A DNA stretch of 64,000 bases from the human T2T-CHM13v2.0 reference genome, Homo sapiens (GCF_009914755.1 NC_060937.1); one strand, 5' to 3'. Numbered from the stretch's first letter, positions 29,150-43,529 are shown. Notes: a model not told the origin generated them from the letters alone. A program made the numbers and translations.

Positions 29150-29425
29150 TATTAAGAGTATGGCATGGCAAAGAAAGTAACAACTTGGACTCTGAAGTCG
29201 GATAGGCATGCATTCAAAATTTGACTACGTGCCCTTAAACAAGTTATCAGACCTCTTTAATACTTGACTAGTTTCGACTATGAAATGGAGATAAAAATAT
29301 TGACTCTCTGATAGAAATATTTGAGAAGGTTAAATGGGTAATATGCATAAAACATTCATCATAGTGCTTGGCATTTAGTAAGCCAAATATCTCAGTAAAC
29401 ATTAGCTTATTATTATTAATATTAT
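29150..29425 (+). mobile_element. MIR
   Basis: ggactctgaagtc...aacaagttatcagacctct...gtgcttggcatttagtaag...tagcttattattatt. Confidence 0.8.
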
Positions 29426-31673
29426 CATTATTTTACATAGGCTATAAATGAATTTCAAATAGCTGTAGAAAATCTTTTAAATCTTTAAAAATAAGTTATG
29501 AGATCAATAACAATATATACTTGTAGAAAATATAAATATTAGACATCAATTTTAAGTATATAAAAGCAAATTAAAAAATAAGTTCAATCTTACATTTCAA
29601 TCACATAGTTCAGTCGTAGGGTTAGTATTTTCAATGAAAAAAAGTAGTTTTTAGAAATAGAAAGATTTCCAATGAACTCCAAAATGTCATCCTATACTAA
29701 AAATAATCACTACCCTTTTTGCAATGAAGACATTTTCCTTAACCAAATCCTGCATTTTTGAACATCTAGTCCAATAAATCTACATACACACAATTCTTAA
29801 GATAAATTTGGTCATTTGGATTTCTTTCTACTTGGTTAGAAATATGAAGGGAAAACACAACAGAAATATGAATAGAAAATACTTTCTAAAAATGTAGGAA
29901 TTCATCACATTTATATTAGAACAGAGAATTTGATCTTTGTGATATATCTTGTTCGGCTTGCTGTATAATCTACTAGCTTAATTATCATAACAGCCTTAGA
30001 ACTTAAGCCAGTACACATTAGCTTTATAAAAATGCAATGCTCATCTGCTGTATATATAATAAACAGAAACATTATGATTTATACGTAATTGTATCTGAGC
30101 CATTATATCCCAGACACTTTACTAATATTATAGTCACAAGGCTGAGTTCTCCAAGACCAGTGTACAAAGTTATCTGAACTAATTTTCCCCCACATAGTAT
30201 CTAAAAATATATATTTTAAATTAACTGCAGGATGGTATATGCATATCATTAATCATATCACAATCATTGTGTTTGGCTGTGGCTCTTTTTTAATGACTTA
30301 AAGTGGGGGCTGAGTTCATTATGCTGTTACTATTAATAATAAAAAATAACTGAAGTACATATACGAAATCAAAAAAGAAATACAATAGGAATTGGAACCA
30401 TATTCTTGTCACAGCTGTGTCACTAACCAGCTCTGTACTCTGGAAGTTTTCAGCCTCTCTGGGTTTCTATTTTTTCATGGATAATACAAAATCATCCTTA
30501 AGATCAGGATAGATCTACTCTCTACAGGTTTTGCCATTGTAAAATATGTCACAATGGCTCTAAATCATAACCCTAAATTTAGGAATTACTTAATTATTCA
30601 CAGTGAACTTCTCTTATTCCAACTCTTTTTATTTGTATTGTTATACAAGAGAAAGGCAAGACAAAAACAACAAAAAAGATCTATTTAAGAGACTGCAGTA
30701 TATTTTTACCTTTACTGTCATTTGTTAAGCACCTACTATATATACTTTACCTTCGGCAGTAAGGATCCCCACACCTATTAAAAGATAATTACATCCATGT
30801 CTTTTTCTTATTTACCTAATAATTATTTTAGCTTCCCTAGAAATTGGCACAGGTTTTTCTCTCAGTCACATGTTAATAATTCCAGAACTTAAGTCATCTG
30901 CACCCAAAAAACTCATACAAAATCTGTCAAGTTGTTTTACATTTATAAATCTGGCAAACATTAGTGACAATCTCACTTTGAAAAACAGCACCCACAATCA
31001 ACGAATGTGTTTTGACTGTGGAAGGTAGGCAGAACCCAAGGACATAACACAGAGGGAAAAAAACAAAAGCAAATAAAAGCCAATCAACATGAAATGGTAC
31101 CCTGAACAGAGCAGAGAGTTCTATGCGGTTGGGCATGGAGGACTGGTTAGAGATTTTTGACAGGAGTCCATCTTAGATAAATATCAGAGACTAAGTTAAT
31201 TCATCTTCTTAGTGATTTTATCACATCCTTCCACAATAATACCACATGAAGCTCATCTACACTTACCATTTTGCCAAAATGCCAGTTAAGGTATTTCTAA
31301 CTGCACTGGCAAATGTGGGAGATTAAAACAGATGACAGATTTAATACCTCAAATTGTATCTTGACATATAGTAAGTCCACTATTTTAAAAAGTGTTATGA
31401 GAAAGAGTGCCTTGGATAACACTGATCAGCAATGATTGAATGTTAACTTCAGATAATTATAATAATAAAAAATTCACTAGAGACCTGATAGAAGAACCTA
31501 AGACACAACCTCAAGGCAATATAAGGATGAAAAATACGAGTACGCAATCTCATAGCAAATATGTACATGCACACATTTTTACTATTTTAGTTATATTGGA
31601 ACTTGAGAATTTCACAGCAGTCTACTAAAATCACAGATCAATAGGATAAAAGTAGATAAGAAGAATGTGCAAT

Positions 31674-31693
31674 TTATAAATACGGTTTATTAC
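31674..31693 (-). CDS. DIAPH3: Read-through extension of the 60-nt exon giving the alternative C-terminus GNKPYL*
   Basis: If the donor is not used: CAT GGT AAT AAA CCG TAT TTA TAA, with the stop at 31676-31674. I recall a DIAPH3 isoform ending in GNKPYL but cannot verify it here. Confidence 0.75.
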
Positions 31694-31753
31694 CATGGTT
31701 ACAAACTTTCAGAACAGGCCTCTGAGACATTGGACTGAGACTCTGCCGAACAT
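31694..31753 (-). CDS. DIAPH3: DIAPH3 coding exon (60 nt, phase 1-1); probably exon 27
   Basis: T-rich tract then aacag|AT GTT CGG ... AAC CAT G|gtaata, translating (D)VRQSLSPMSQRPVLKVCNH. It is in frame with the DAD exon across a 479-nt GT-AG intron (31754-32232). Confidence 0.96.
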
Positions 31754-32092
31754 CTGTTAAAAAAAAAAATAAAATAAACTTAATATAGAGGTCTGGGCAT
31801 CTCAAGAAGGAAAACAGTATTAGACATACTTTTTTCCAAGGTTATGTATTTCTGGCAGCAAAGTAATGCTTCAATATCCTGAAATACTTGAAGCAGTAAT
31901 GTTATGACTTTTACTTCCCATTTAATTATGCTACTGTAAACTCCACTGGGATAAGGTACATATGGTTCTTTAGATGAGACTTGTCACACTAATTAGGATT
32001 TTCTAGGTTCAGTGCATTGATTTGTTAATGTGCTACTGACATCGGCCAACTGGAATGCATATCTCTCTGACATTTGTCTGTGCAAGGGATTA

Positions 32093-32362
<270 letters not shown>

Positions 32363-32649
32363 TCAGGGTTACCATAGCAATGTCAAAGCATATACAAAAA
32401 CTGGTGATGGTGATGGTAGGGAGAAAAAAGATCAGATGCCAGGACTAAGCTAGCAATTTCAAAATAGGACAGGACTTTAACTCTCTCATTAAATCAACTA
32501 TCTTTTAATGAAAACTGCCTCATTAGTGCCTATGTTACTGTGCACTAAAGGGACCGAGTTCCACGGATTCACTTCAGAGCACTGCTTTTATAGTCCAACA
32601 GCACAATTACCTTAAATGGAATGTGGTTCTAGTCATGTTTGAGTCTTGA

Positions 32650-33046
<397 letters not shown>

Positions 33047-34049
33047 CGGGAGAGTGTTTTTGTTGTTACTGAGATTCTGCTGTCTAAACTTAGCAGACAA
33101 ATTATATTTCCATGCTAACTTTTAAATATAACAGATTATATTTCCATGCTTCCAACAATTGATTTTTCATATCAGAAGATAATCATCCCCTGACTTGAGG
33201 TGACACAGAACAATCACTACAAAATTTTACAGAATGTATAGGTTTATCTTCTATAATGAGAAATAAATCAAAAGAGGCTCTCTGAAATCAAAAGGACTGC
33301 ACTCCATTAAGATTACTTTAAATTGATATCCTGTATATAATTAAGGAAATACGTGGATATAGAGCCAATTATCTCTACAAAGAACAGATTATGCCTGTAA
33401 TACTTATAAGTATTTATAGTTATCAATGTTAAATATTGTTCAAAGAGAGCAGGAGAAAAAGCTTCAAAGGAACTACTGGCCCAAACCAAATTCAAGGAAA
33501 CCGTAAGGACTTTTTGCCCGTCCAGACAAGGTAACTTGCAGGCATTCTTTATGAAATTGTATGGCTGGTATACTGCTACATTTAAAATAATGGAAAGCTA
33601 TTTTCCTTCGAACTTTTATTTTTTCCTTTTTGATACACAATCCCTTTACAGAGATAAGATGAAAAGTGAATGCAGTAGAATACAAATAACATACTCATTT
33701 ACAGTTTATAAACAGATATATAAATATAAATATGTATCAGCCCCTTTTCCATCTGCTGCTATTTCATATTTTTAGAAGAGTACTAAACCTTGTAGGTGTT
33801 ATCAAAAAAGGTGGGTGAGAAATAGAATATTTGGAAGTTGTGAATTTACAATAAATGTAATTCTAAGTGATTTGATGGCTATTTTAACTAAAATACATTA
33901 AATATTTCAGACAAATAGCTATTTGAAAATTTATTTTCAAATTCAACTATATTTTTCCTTAAAAAACTGCAGGTAATGTCAAATATTTAAGATAGTAAAA
34001 GAAAAAGAAAACATTTCAAAATCTAAAATTACAATTTTAAATCTTTTTC

Positions 34050-35580
34050 AAGCAGTCATGAGATTGAAAAAAAATCCTAGTACTGAAATCAAATAGAAAC
34101 AAATAAACATGTTTTCATATTGATAGATTATAAAGGAGGGGGAAAAAAGAATCCAAGTAACTTTTGAATACTTTAATGGCATAAAGTTTAAGGGAAAAAA
34201 ACTATAAAGAAAATGTGAACTTTCTTCTTAGTAAATTTATTGTTGGTAGTGGTATTGATGTAGTGATTCTCAGACTATTGTGTGTGTATAAAAGCTGGAG
34301 CAGATGTGTAAATGTGCTGATGTGCTCACTGTGGGAAAGAAAATGGAAATATGGAATTGGAGAAAAAGAAAAAGAACCAAGAAGGGTTGGATTGGATGTA
34401 TAGGTATTAATGTAAGCTCAAGGCTTAACAAAACAAAACAAACAAACAAACAAACAAAAAAACCCTTTTCCTATAACACTATAGTAGCGTCAATGAGCAT
34501 TTGGATCTTGGTTTCTAGCTACCGTTACTAGTCCTAAAATCTTCGTTTCTAATGACCTCTCTCGCCCTCAGATCTTGGTTTCTACATACCATTACTCCCT
34601 AAAAGGAATGACAATGCTTACAGAAATGGCTGATTCTAGAACTGAGGCCAAGAAAGTGTGAAATGAGTCAGAAACATATTGTTGTGCCAGAAAATAAGAA
34701 AGTGCTCAAAAATAGATAGTGATATGTTGAAAAGACAAAGAAGCCAGATTGAAACATTGCCTTGGCCAAATTTAGGACAACTGAGTATCAAATAAATAAT
34801 CATGGGAATGGGATTATTGCACACTGAGGAAAAAAGAATCATGCATCCATAGTGATACTAAAAAATACATAGTAATAAAAATGTAGGAAGGAGAGTTCCT
34901 CTTTAAAGAACAGTGTCAACTAATAGATGTCAAAGATATGAGGGAACTACAAAATTCACCACATTACAATTCACATAGTAAGAAATGATTCAGGCAGGAG
35001 TCATCAACGGTTGCAAAAACTATTGTGCATAAGGGATGTAGAGGAACAGGATATAGAGAAATCTGGTAGATACCACCTTATCCAAATAATCAAATTTGAC
35101 ATTACCAACAATGTGGAATATGCTGATATCAATTGCCTCCTGAAGTGATGCACAACTTAACCTGTGTAGCACTTCGCACAAAAATATTTAACTTGAATCT
35201 GAATGCAAGGCAACAATCATAGAAGTCCAAAGTAAGGGACATTCTGTGACACAACTGGCCTAGGATCTAAAAATGTATCAATATCATGAAAGATAAAGAG
35301 AGGAAGAAATAGAGAAAGAGAGAAGAAAAGGCTAGAGAACTGTTCTAGATTAAAAGAGACTAAAGAGGCACGACAATGAAGTATAGAGGAGTCCCTGATT
35401 AACCCCTGAATTGAAAGAAGTTATATATGACGTTATTGGGATAATTGGAGAAATTTGAATATGGACTGGGTATCAGATAATTACATTGTACCAATGTTAA
35501 GTTATCAGAGTGTGATAACTGTATTATGGTTCACTAGAATAATCTCATTGTTCTTAGGCAATAAATGCTGACAGTTTTAG
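34050..35580 (+). mobile_element. L1MC/L1MD 3' region
   Basis: gatcttggtttcta...gaaatggctgattctag...gggataattggagaaatttgaatatggactgggtatcagata. Confidence 0.8.
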
Positions 35581-35589
35581 GCTCACAAA

Positions 35590-35925
35590 ACAACTTACAC
35601 AGTCTCATGTTTATTACTTCATGCCTTTGAACATGCTATTATATCTACACAGAACATCTGTCTCACTTTCTTCACCAAGCTAGCTCTTACCCTTCCTTCA
35701 AAACGGAGAACTGAGAATCCTTTCCTGACCCATGTGGCATAAACTAGGTGCCCCTCTGTGTCCCAGTGGTCTGTAATACATATACCAATAAATTCTTTAC
35801 AATGTTATATTGTTTATGTGACTCTTTCTACCACTAAACCACGAGCCCACTGAGGGCAGGGATTATAGATTTCATTTATCTTCAACACCTGGCAAAATGC
35901 GACTATTATATAGAGAGTGTTCAAT
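35590..35925 (+). mobile_element. L2 3' end
   Basis: atgcctttgaacatgct...ccactgagggcaggga...gttcaataaata. Confidence 0.7.
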
Positions 35926-35999
35926 AAATATATGCTGGCTAAATTAGCTAAATATATGTTGACTAAATTAGCTAAATATATGTTGACTAAATTAGCTAA
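35925..35999. repeat. 24-bp tandem repeat x3
   Basis: Unit taaatatatgttgactaaattagc; the first copy has two substitutions. Confidence 0.95.
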
Positions 36000-36886
36000 G
36001 ATGGTCAGCTGGAAGGGTTGATTATGCATGAGAATAAAGCTCATAGATGGACAGGGGTCCAGGGAAGAGATGGGAATACATTCCCGCCACCATTCTAAAC
36101 AACACAGCTTTCTTTCTTCCTTTTCCCTTGTCTCATACATCTATTTAGTTGTCAAATACTATAGACTGAAACTCCCCATTATCTCCTGAACTAATCTGCT
36201 GTTCCTTTTCTAACTACACTTTATGTTGGTATTACAGAACTGAATTATTTTTTATCTGGAATACTGCATGAGTTGCCTAGTCACATTGCTTCCAGTTTCT
36301 CCCTAATTCTGCCCATGCATTACTGATAAGTAAGTCCTACAGCAGAAATGATCTTCAGTTCCCCCGGTCACAAAGTTTCAATATATCTCAGTTCTTACAA
36401 TATAAAGTTCCAACTCTTTTTTTCGTTTTTATTTTTAATTTTCTTTTTTTTGCTCAAATGGATTTTGACAGATAAAGTCCAAACTCTTATTCCTACCCCA
36501 ACAATGATTTCAATTGTATTTCCAATTGTATCTCTTACTTCCAACCATCCCAACCTGTTCTTTAGCTAAAGGCAACTGCCTGTGATTCTCTACAAACATT
36601 CTTTCTCTCGTCCATCACTGTCCACCTGGAACCTCTACCCCTGCTCTCATCCTCCAGAGCAGATGGCTATTTTTGGCCTTCACTCTCACATGCATAATGG
36701 GAAGAATACAATAATGAAGTAAAACAACTTGCATTCTAGTCTGAGCTTTCAACTAACTACCTGTGAGACACTAGACTATTATTTACATAATCATTCCTGA
36801 CATATGCAATACAGACAATACCTGTCTAGGGTTAATGAGGGAATCAAATGAGATAATACAAATGAAAGCACTTGATAAATTGCTAA

Positions 36887-37359
<473 letters not shown>

Positions 37360-37511
37360 TAGGTATAACATCATTTCTAAGAAAAACTCTGACTTGAAGT
37401 ACAAATAGACTCTTGAAATAAACCAAAGTGTAAGATGGGGACATATAAAGAAGATGTTCTTCCAAATGTTAAAAATGCATTTAGAACATTCAACCAACAC
37501 ATGTTCACCTG

Positions 37512-37676
37512 GCATATGGTACGGTGTGCCAGGATGTTACTAGGCACTAAAGATACCTAAGACCCATGCATATGGTACTGTGTGCCAGGATGTTACTAGG
37601 CACCAAGATACCTAAGACCCATGCATATGGTACTGTGTGCCAGGATGTTACTAGGCACCAAGATACCTAGGCCCCA
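37512..37676. repeat. 55-bp minisatellite x3
   Basis: Unit gcatatggtactgtgtgccaggatgttactaggcaccaagatacctaagacccat, starting at 37512, 37568 and 37623. Confidence 0.97.
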
Positions 37677-38129
37677 AAGGTAAACACAAAAGCATTTCTG
37701 CTCTCACAAGCAGAAAAGTGTATATATGAGTTACTGGAGATGTACAGCTTCCTAGTGAATGATGACTCGAAGAATAAGCAGGAGTTACTCATGTTAGGGA
37801 CTGTAGAGGGAATAGCATTCTTGGCAAAAGGAATAACAGGTACGAAGGCAAAAAGTATGAATAAAAACAAAAAATGAGGTGTAATAAGATGTTTAGATGA
37901 TTTATATTTACAGTATTCTAACATAGACCAGAGAAGTTAAAATTAGTCAGTTTTTCTTAGAGTAGAATTCAATTTCTCCAGCTATAATTTATATTAAAAA
38001 TATTTACAGTTTCTCCCCTGCTGTGAAAACTCTTAAATAACTAGACTAACTGCAAAAGTCAAAGATTTCCTATATGTGAAAAACGTATCATCTTAATTTG
38101 TAAATGGTATTTTAAAAAATTGCACTGTG

Positions 38130-38570
38130 TCAAAGGAAATGGAGAAGGGAGAGTTAAGGACATTTCTAAAGTGGAATCAATAGGTCTTAGGAACCGAAAG
38201 AAGGCGGAACTGCTAAGGACATGTCTGAGATCTCTGCGGCCCATTGCTGGAGAAAAGAAAATATGAAATTTAAATATTATTGATTTTGATGGGGAACAAA
38301 GATTGGAAAATATAATGAGTTTCCTTTTGGACATGTTAATGGAAGGTGCTAGCAGGGACCTCCAGTAACTTCTGGAAGACAGCTGGAAATTCGGGCCTCA
38401 AATTCAGACAAAAATGTGGGTAATATTTTTGGAAGTCATTTCCATATTGTAAAAAATACTCATTCAGCACTCTGGAAAAGTATATGCCTGAATCAGAAGA
38501 GGTGGCATCTTGGAAACCACCTAAGTTTAAAGGACAGGAGAAAAAAGATAAGTCAGTGATCCAGTAGGAA
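38130..38570 (-). mobile_element. L2 fragment
   Basis: atgagtttccttttggacatgttaa...cagctggaaat...ttggaagtcat. Confidence 0.65.
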
Positions 38571-39273
38571 CTCTCTTTCCTTATTCCATTTTCTTCAGCC
38601 ACGGTACAACCTGAAATTTTAAATAACTAAGCATACAAAGAAGATCCTAAAAGGTTCTAGAATGCTGCAAGCAAGTAAACAAATGAAAACAGGTCAAATA
38701 CGTAGGAAGGAAATAAGACTAGGACTGGATTTCTCAGTGGCAACACTGAATTCCAAAAGATAGGCAAGAAATGGTTTCCAAATTCTGAAGCGAAATTATT
38801 TCCAGTGAAGAAATGATTATGTTGCTAATCAGACAAGGATAGAAAATGGACATTTTTCAAACATGCAAGTGTCTATACATGCCATCTTAGAAAGAGACTG
38901 CAAGATGTGCTTTTGCAAAACCAAAACAAGAGGGGTAGAATAGTAAGAAAGAGGAAAACATGGCATCCAGAAAAGGAGAAGGGACAAGAGAGCAAAGTGG
39001 CAAAAGGAATTCCCAGGATGTCCCAGTCTCAGAGCAGCCAGTTTAGATCACATGGATCACATGGGAGGAAACTGGGCAGTGGGACAGAGTAGTGGCCACA
39101 GAACCGGTAGCAAATCTATTGTGTCGGACCATTTGCAAAATGATTGCTGATTATTTCCCAGATCCATTGAAGACTTTGGATAATACAGTAACAGGTATGT
39201 ATGTACAAATACTAAACAAACTTTTTGAGAAGTCTCTATTAATCTAGAAACAACAAGATTGTCCCATAGGAAA

Positions 39274-39612
39274 TGCTGTAGTCTGAATGTTAGACTTGAT
39301 CTCCAATGTAATGGTATTAAAAGGTAGGGTCTTTATGAGGTGATTAGGTCAGGAGGGCAGAAATCTCATGAATGGGATTAGTGGTCTTATAAAAGAGGTT
39401 CAAGGAAGCTGTTAGTCCCTTCCACCACATGAGGACACAGCAGCAAGACACCATATATGGAGCAGACAGTGAACCATCACCAGGCATAAAATTTGCTGGC
39501 ATCATGATCTTGTATTTCCCAGCCTTCAGAACTGCAAGAAATAAATTTCTGTTGTTTATAAATTACCCAGTCTAAGGTGTTTTTGTTATAGCAGCAGGAA
39601 AAAACCAGGACA
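39274..39612 (+). mobile_element. MLT1A-like MaLR solo LTR, inside an old L1M relic (about 38600-40060)
   Basis: tgctgtagtctgaatgt...gaggtgattaggtc...atgaatgggattagt...gaaataaatttctgttgtttata...gaca; gaaa on both flanks. Confidence 0.9.
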
Positions 39613-40289
39613 GAAACAAGGAATACTGAAATTTGGGGTAAAGAAAAAAAAACTTAAAAATTAAAAGAAGAAAAATAAAGAAAACAAAGTATATTTACAT
39701 AGTGCCAATATTATAAACACTGGCCATTCTGTTGGCCATCAACTGTGATATAATTATAATGAAAGACAATGGGGTAAAGGAAGAGGGGTAATCCACACAA
39801 GGTGGATTAGTGGTGAGAGGGCATTAGGGAACTAAATCAGGAACTCAGTAATGTCTAAAATAAAAAATTGATATGCAACAGTCTATGCTATTATCTAGAA
39901 ATAAGGAACACATAAATATCAGAAGAAATATCTAAGAATTAAAAGTGATTGCCTCTGGGAAGTGGGAGGAGGTTGAGAGGAGTGAGGGAGAAGATATTTT
40001 ATCATGCTATGAGCCTATTATATTTAATTTAGGAATTTGTAGACATTGATAAATACAAGATAGTTAAAAATTTTATTGAAAGAGAAAGAAGATGACTGAG
40101 GAAGAGAATGTGAAGGAAGAGGTTGATTCTTGACCTAAAGATGCTTACCTCTGAGAAGGGGAGGAAGACAGGTAAAAATCGTAAAACACAACAGGTTGAA
40201 TATTATGACAGAGATATTCAGAATGTGGTACAGGGTGGTGGGCATGTAGTATGGGGCAGAGGGAGAAGGAACAGCAGTTACAGAAGGCT

Positions 40290-41060
40290 CAGAATATCTG
40301 AGACTTAAAGAACCGATTTAAGAGTGCCAGAGCTGTCAAAAGAGACAAGACCCAGCTAAAGCTGTCAGGAAAGCTGTACAAGGCAGGGATTCTTGAAGAA
40401 TGTGCAGTGGATATGAGTAGGAAGAGATAACAGGGGTAACGCTGCGAGGTGAAGGTGAAGAGAGAGCCGGGGCCAACTCACCAAGGGCTGAATATACCAT
40501 GCTATGGAGTTTAGACTTTAAAGGAGCCATGAAGTCATTTTAAGCTAGGAAGTAACATGGTCAAATTTCTACTTTAGAAAGAATATTTTGAGAAGAGAAA
40601 AGACTAAAGGCAAAAAACAAACAAACAAAAAACAAACCCAAGAGGCATGTTTAATGATTTAAATCTAGACAAAATGTGATTTCAGGGCCCAAGTAAGTTA
40701 TAGAAGTGGTGAAAATAGAAAAGAGAAAGGAGGAGACATAGAGAAATCTTGGTCTCCGTGGTTGTGAATATTATAAAGAAATAGTTAAGGCTGATTTCCA
40801 GGCATTTGGCTCAGCCAATTGTATATATATTGATATCATTTGCCAAGTACAGAACCGTCTTTGTTTGATGATAGAATGAGTTGGATCTAGACAGGAGCTC
40901 AATTTTGGATATGTTAAGTTGAAATGTTCATGAGATATACAAATACAAAGTGATTCAAGGCGTCTAGAGGGCTGATAGAGTCACAGGTTTAAAACTTGGG
41001 AAAGAGGAATTGGTTACACTAATACATTCAACTTAGAAGCATAGGTCGTACCTGAAACTA
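40290..41060 (-). mobile_element. L2 fragment
   Basis: ggagccatgaagtcattttaagc...catggtcaaattt...gagctcaattttggatatgttaagttgaaatg. Confidence 0.75.
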
Positions 41061-41074
41061 TGGAAAAGAGTACA

Positions 41075-41345
41075 AGCATAGTAAAGTGGTAGAGAACACA
41101 AGCTCTGAATTCATCCATTTAGATTCAAACCAATGGCTCCCCAACTAACAATCAGTGTTATTGGGCATATTACTTAGTCTCTAAAACCCTCATTTATTCC
41201 CCCTAAACGTTGAAAGGGCAAGAAGAACAGCACCTATTTCACAAAATATTGAGAGGATTAAAACAGATAAATCACGTACAATGCTCAGTAGGGTGCCTGG
41301 CTCATATTAAGAGCTTACTAACAGTGAATCTTTGTTATTTTGCTT
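41075..41345 (+). mobile_element. MIR
   Basis: gcatagtaaagtggtagagaaca...ttgggcatattactta...gtgcctggctcata. Confidence 0.78.
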
Positions 41346-41551
41346 ATTGATATTATGGTAGAGCTTGAGCTCTCTTAGGGAGACATTGTGTAGTGACAAG
41401 AAAAGAGAGCTGAGGGTAATGCACAAGGCAAACTAATAGGAAAAGGTGCTTTTAAGAGGAAATGACTATTATCAACCTGTGACCATTTTCCATTGTGTTT
41501 ACTTTGTGTGTGCTTTTATAGCTCCTTCTTTTACTTTCCACTGTCTCCTGA

Positions 41552-41886
<335 letters not shown>

Positions 41887-41894
41887 TATATTAT

Positions 41895-42177
41895 TATTTT
41901 TTGAAGACAGCTCTGTCACCCAGGCTGGAGTGAAGTGGTGTAATCTCAGCTCATGGCAACCTCTGCCTCCCAGGTTCAAGTGATTCTCATGCTTCAGCCT
42001 TCAGAGTAGCTGGGATTATAGGCATGTGCCACAATGCCTGACTAATTTTTTGTATTTTTAGTAGAGATGGGGTTTCACCACGTTGCCCAGGCTGGTCTTG
42101 AACTCCTGAGCTCAGGCAATCTGCCCGCTTCGGCCTCCCAAAGTGTTGGGATTACAGGTGTGAGCCACCACGCCCAG
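41895..42177 (-). mobile_element. AluS (Sz/Sx-like)
   Basis: Dimeric Alu (ctcctgagctcaggcaatc). Confidence 0.92.
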
Positions 42178-42342
42178 TGACATTTTCTAATATTTCAGTA
42201 GTAGTAAGTGACGTAAAGATTACAATCTGGAATTTGGAATGGGACTAGGGAAGGAAAGCACAGTTTCCCCAAAGGTTGAAAGTGTGCAGTTGATATACAA
42301 AATTCATAGGCTTATAGTTTAACCCAATTCTAGAAGAAAAAC

Positions 42343-42374
<32 letters not shown>
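42343..42374. repeat. (CA)n-(CG)n-(CA)n microsatellite
   Basis: 32-nt alternating purine-pyrimidine run. Confidence 0.9.
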
Positions 42375-42879
42375 GTTGCCCTAACATAATTACATGAATT
42401 ATTCCTCTATGATTCTGGTTATAGAGATTTTTGGGAAAAAGATTATACAGCTTCTCTTGGTAACCCAGTTCAGTCTTTAACTAGCTAGAACAAAGCTCAA
42501 AATGCTACTTAAACCAGACAGCAAAAAGACAGGAATAACTTCAAACAAAGTCTTTGAACTTGTCTTAATCCAGATGTGAAACTGAAAATTTATTTGAGTC
42601 AAGGGAGTTAGAAAGCCGATTTTCATTGGGATTTAACTGATAAAATGATAATCAGAACAGTTCTCTTTCATACTGTAATTAAGTGACTGGCTCAACCACA
42701 AGAAGTGGAATTTTATGGGGAAAAAACTCCAATAGGTTAATATTTCTGTTTTTTTCTCCCTTATTCGTCATGATTTGTACAAATTTCATTAAATATATTT
42801 CTGTTACAAGTTAGGAGAAAAAATTAGAATATTTTACAAGAAAGGAAGTTTTATTTATTTTTTCCTTAAAATAGAGCAC

Positions 42880-43108
42880 CCAAGAGCAAAGTTAAAGAGT
42901 GAAACTCCTGGACTTGAATCTTGCTTCTTACTCTTATCAGCTGTGTGCTCCTTAAAGACCACCCCTGTCTCCTTGTGCCTCCTCATACCTATAAGATGAG
43001 GATAATAATAGTATTTATCCTCAAAGACTATTGTGAAGATTAAGCAAGGTATAAAGAGCTTAGCACAGTGCCCCCCATATGTAAGGCTTAAAAAATATTA
43101 GCTATTCA
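42880..43108 (+). mobile_element. MIR
   Basis: tgaatcttgcttc...ctataagatgaggataataatagt...gcttagcacagtgcc. Confidence 0.78.
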
Positions 43109-43529
43109 TATTTTTAATATTTTGATGACTATTCTTGTTCACTAATATAGCAAATATTGCTGATTAGTCAATGCAACACATTCATTCTCTACCTTCTCCT
43201 TCCTTCCACAGAGGCTAGGAAAGCTAAAATTTCTCTCTGTGGCTCCCCTGCAGCTAAGCTAGAAGTGGCCGTGTGATGCATTTCTGTCTAATAAGGCATA
43301 TATGTACATAAAGTATGGTATTTCTAGAAATAAAAGATGTATATGTTGATAACCACTCTTCCTCTTCCTATCTTAAATATGGCCTGGAATTACGGCAGCT
43401 ATGACTGCTATCATATGTTACCACCTCCTTCTTCCTATCTTGAATAGGCCTGGATCTGTAGCATCCATCTTATACTTAGGAGTACAGACCACAAGGTCAT
43501 TCTTTTAGTTGCTCTGGATAAAACATACG

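Noticed and set aside
33098-33152. 16-bp direct repeat attatatttccatgct
   Set aside because: A small slippage-type duplication, common in AT-rich introns.
35814-36140. ORF with LANLVNIY repeats
   Set aside because: A product of the 24-bp tandem repeat in an L2 tail.
37512-37676. CRISPR-like array
   Set aside because: Head-to-tail units without unique spacers, no cas genes, and a primate intronic context.
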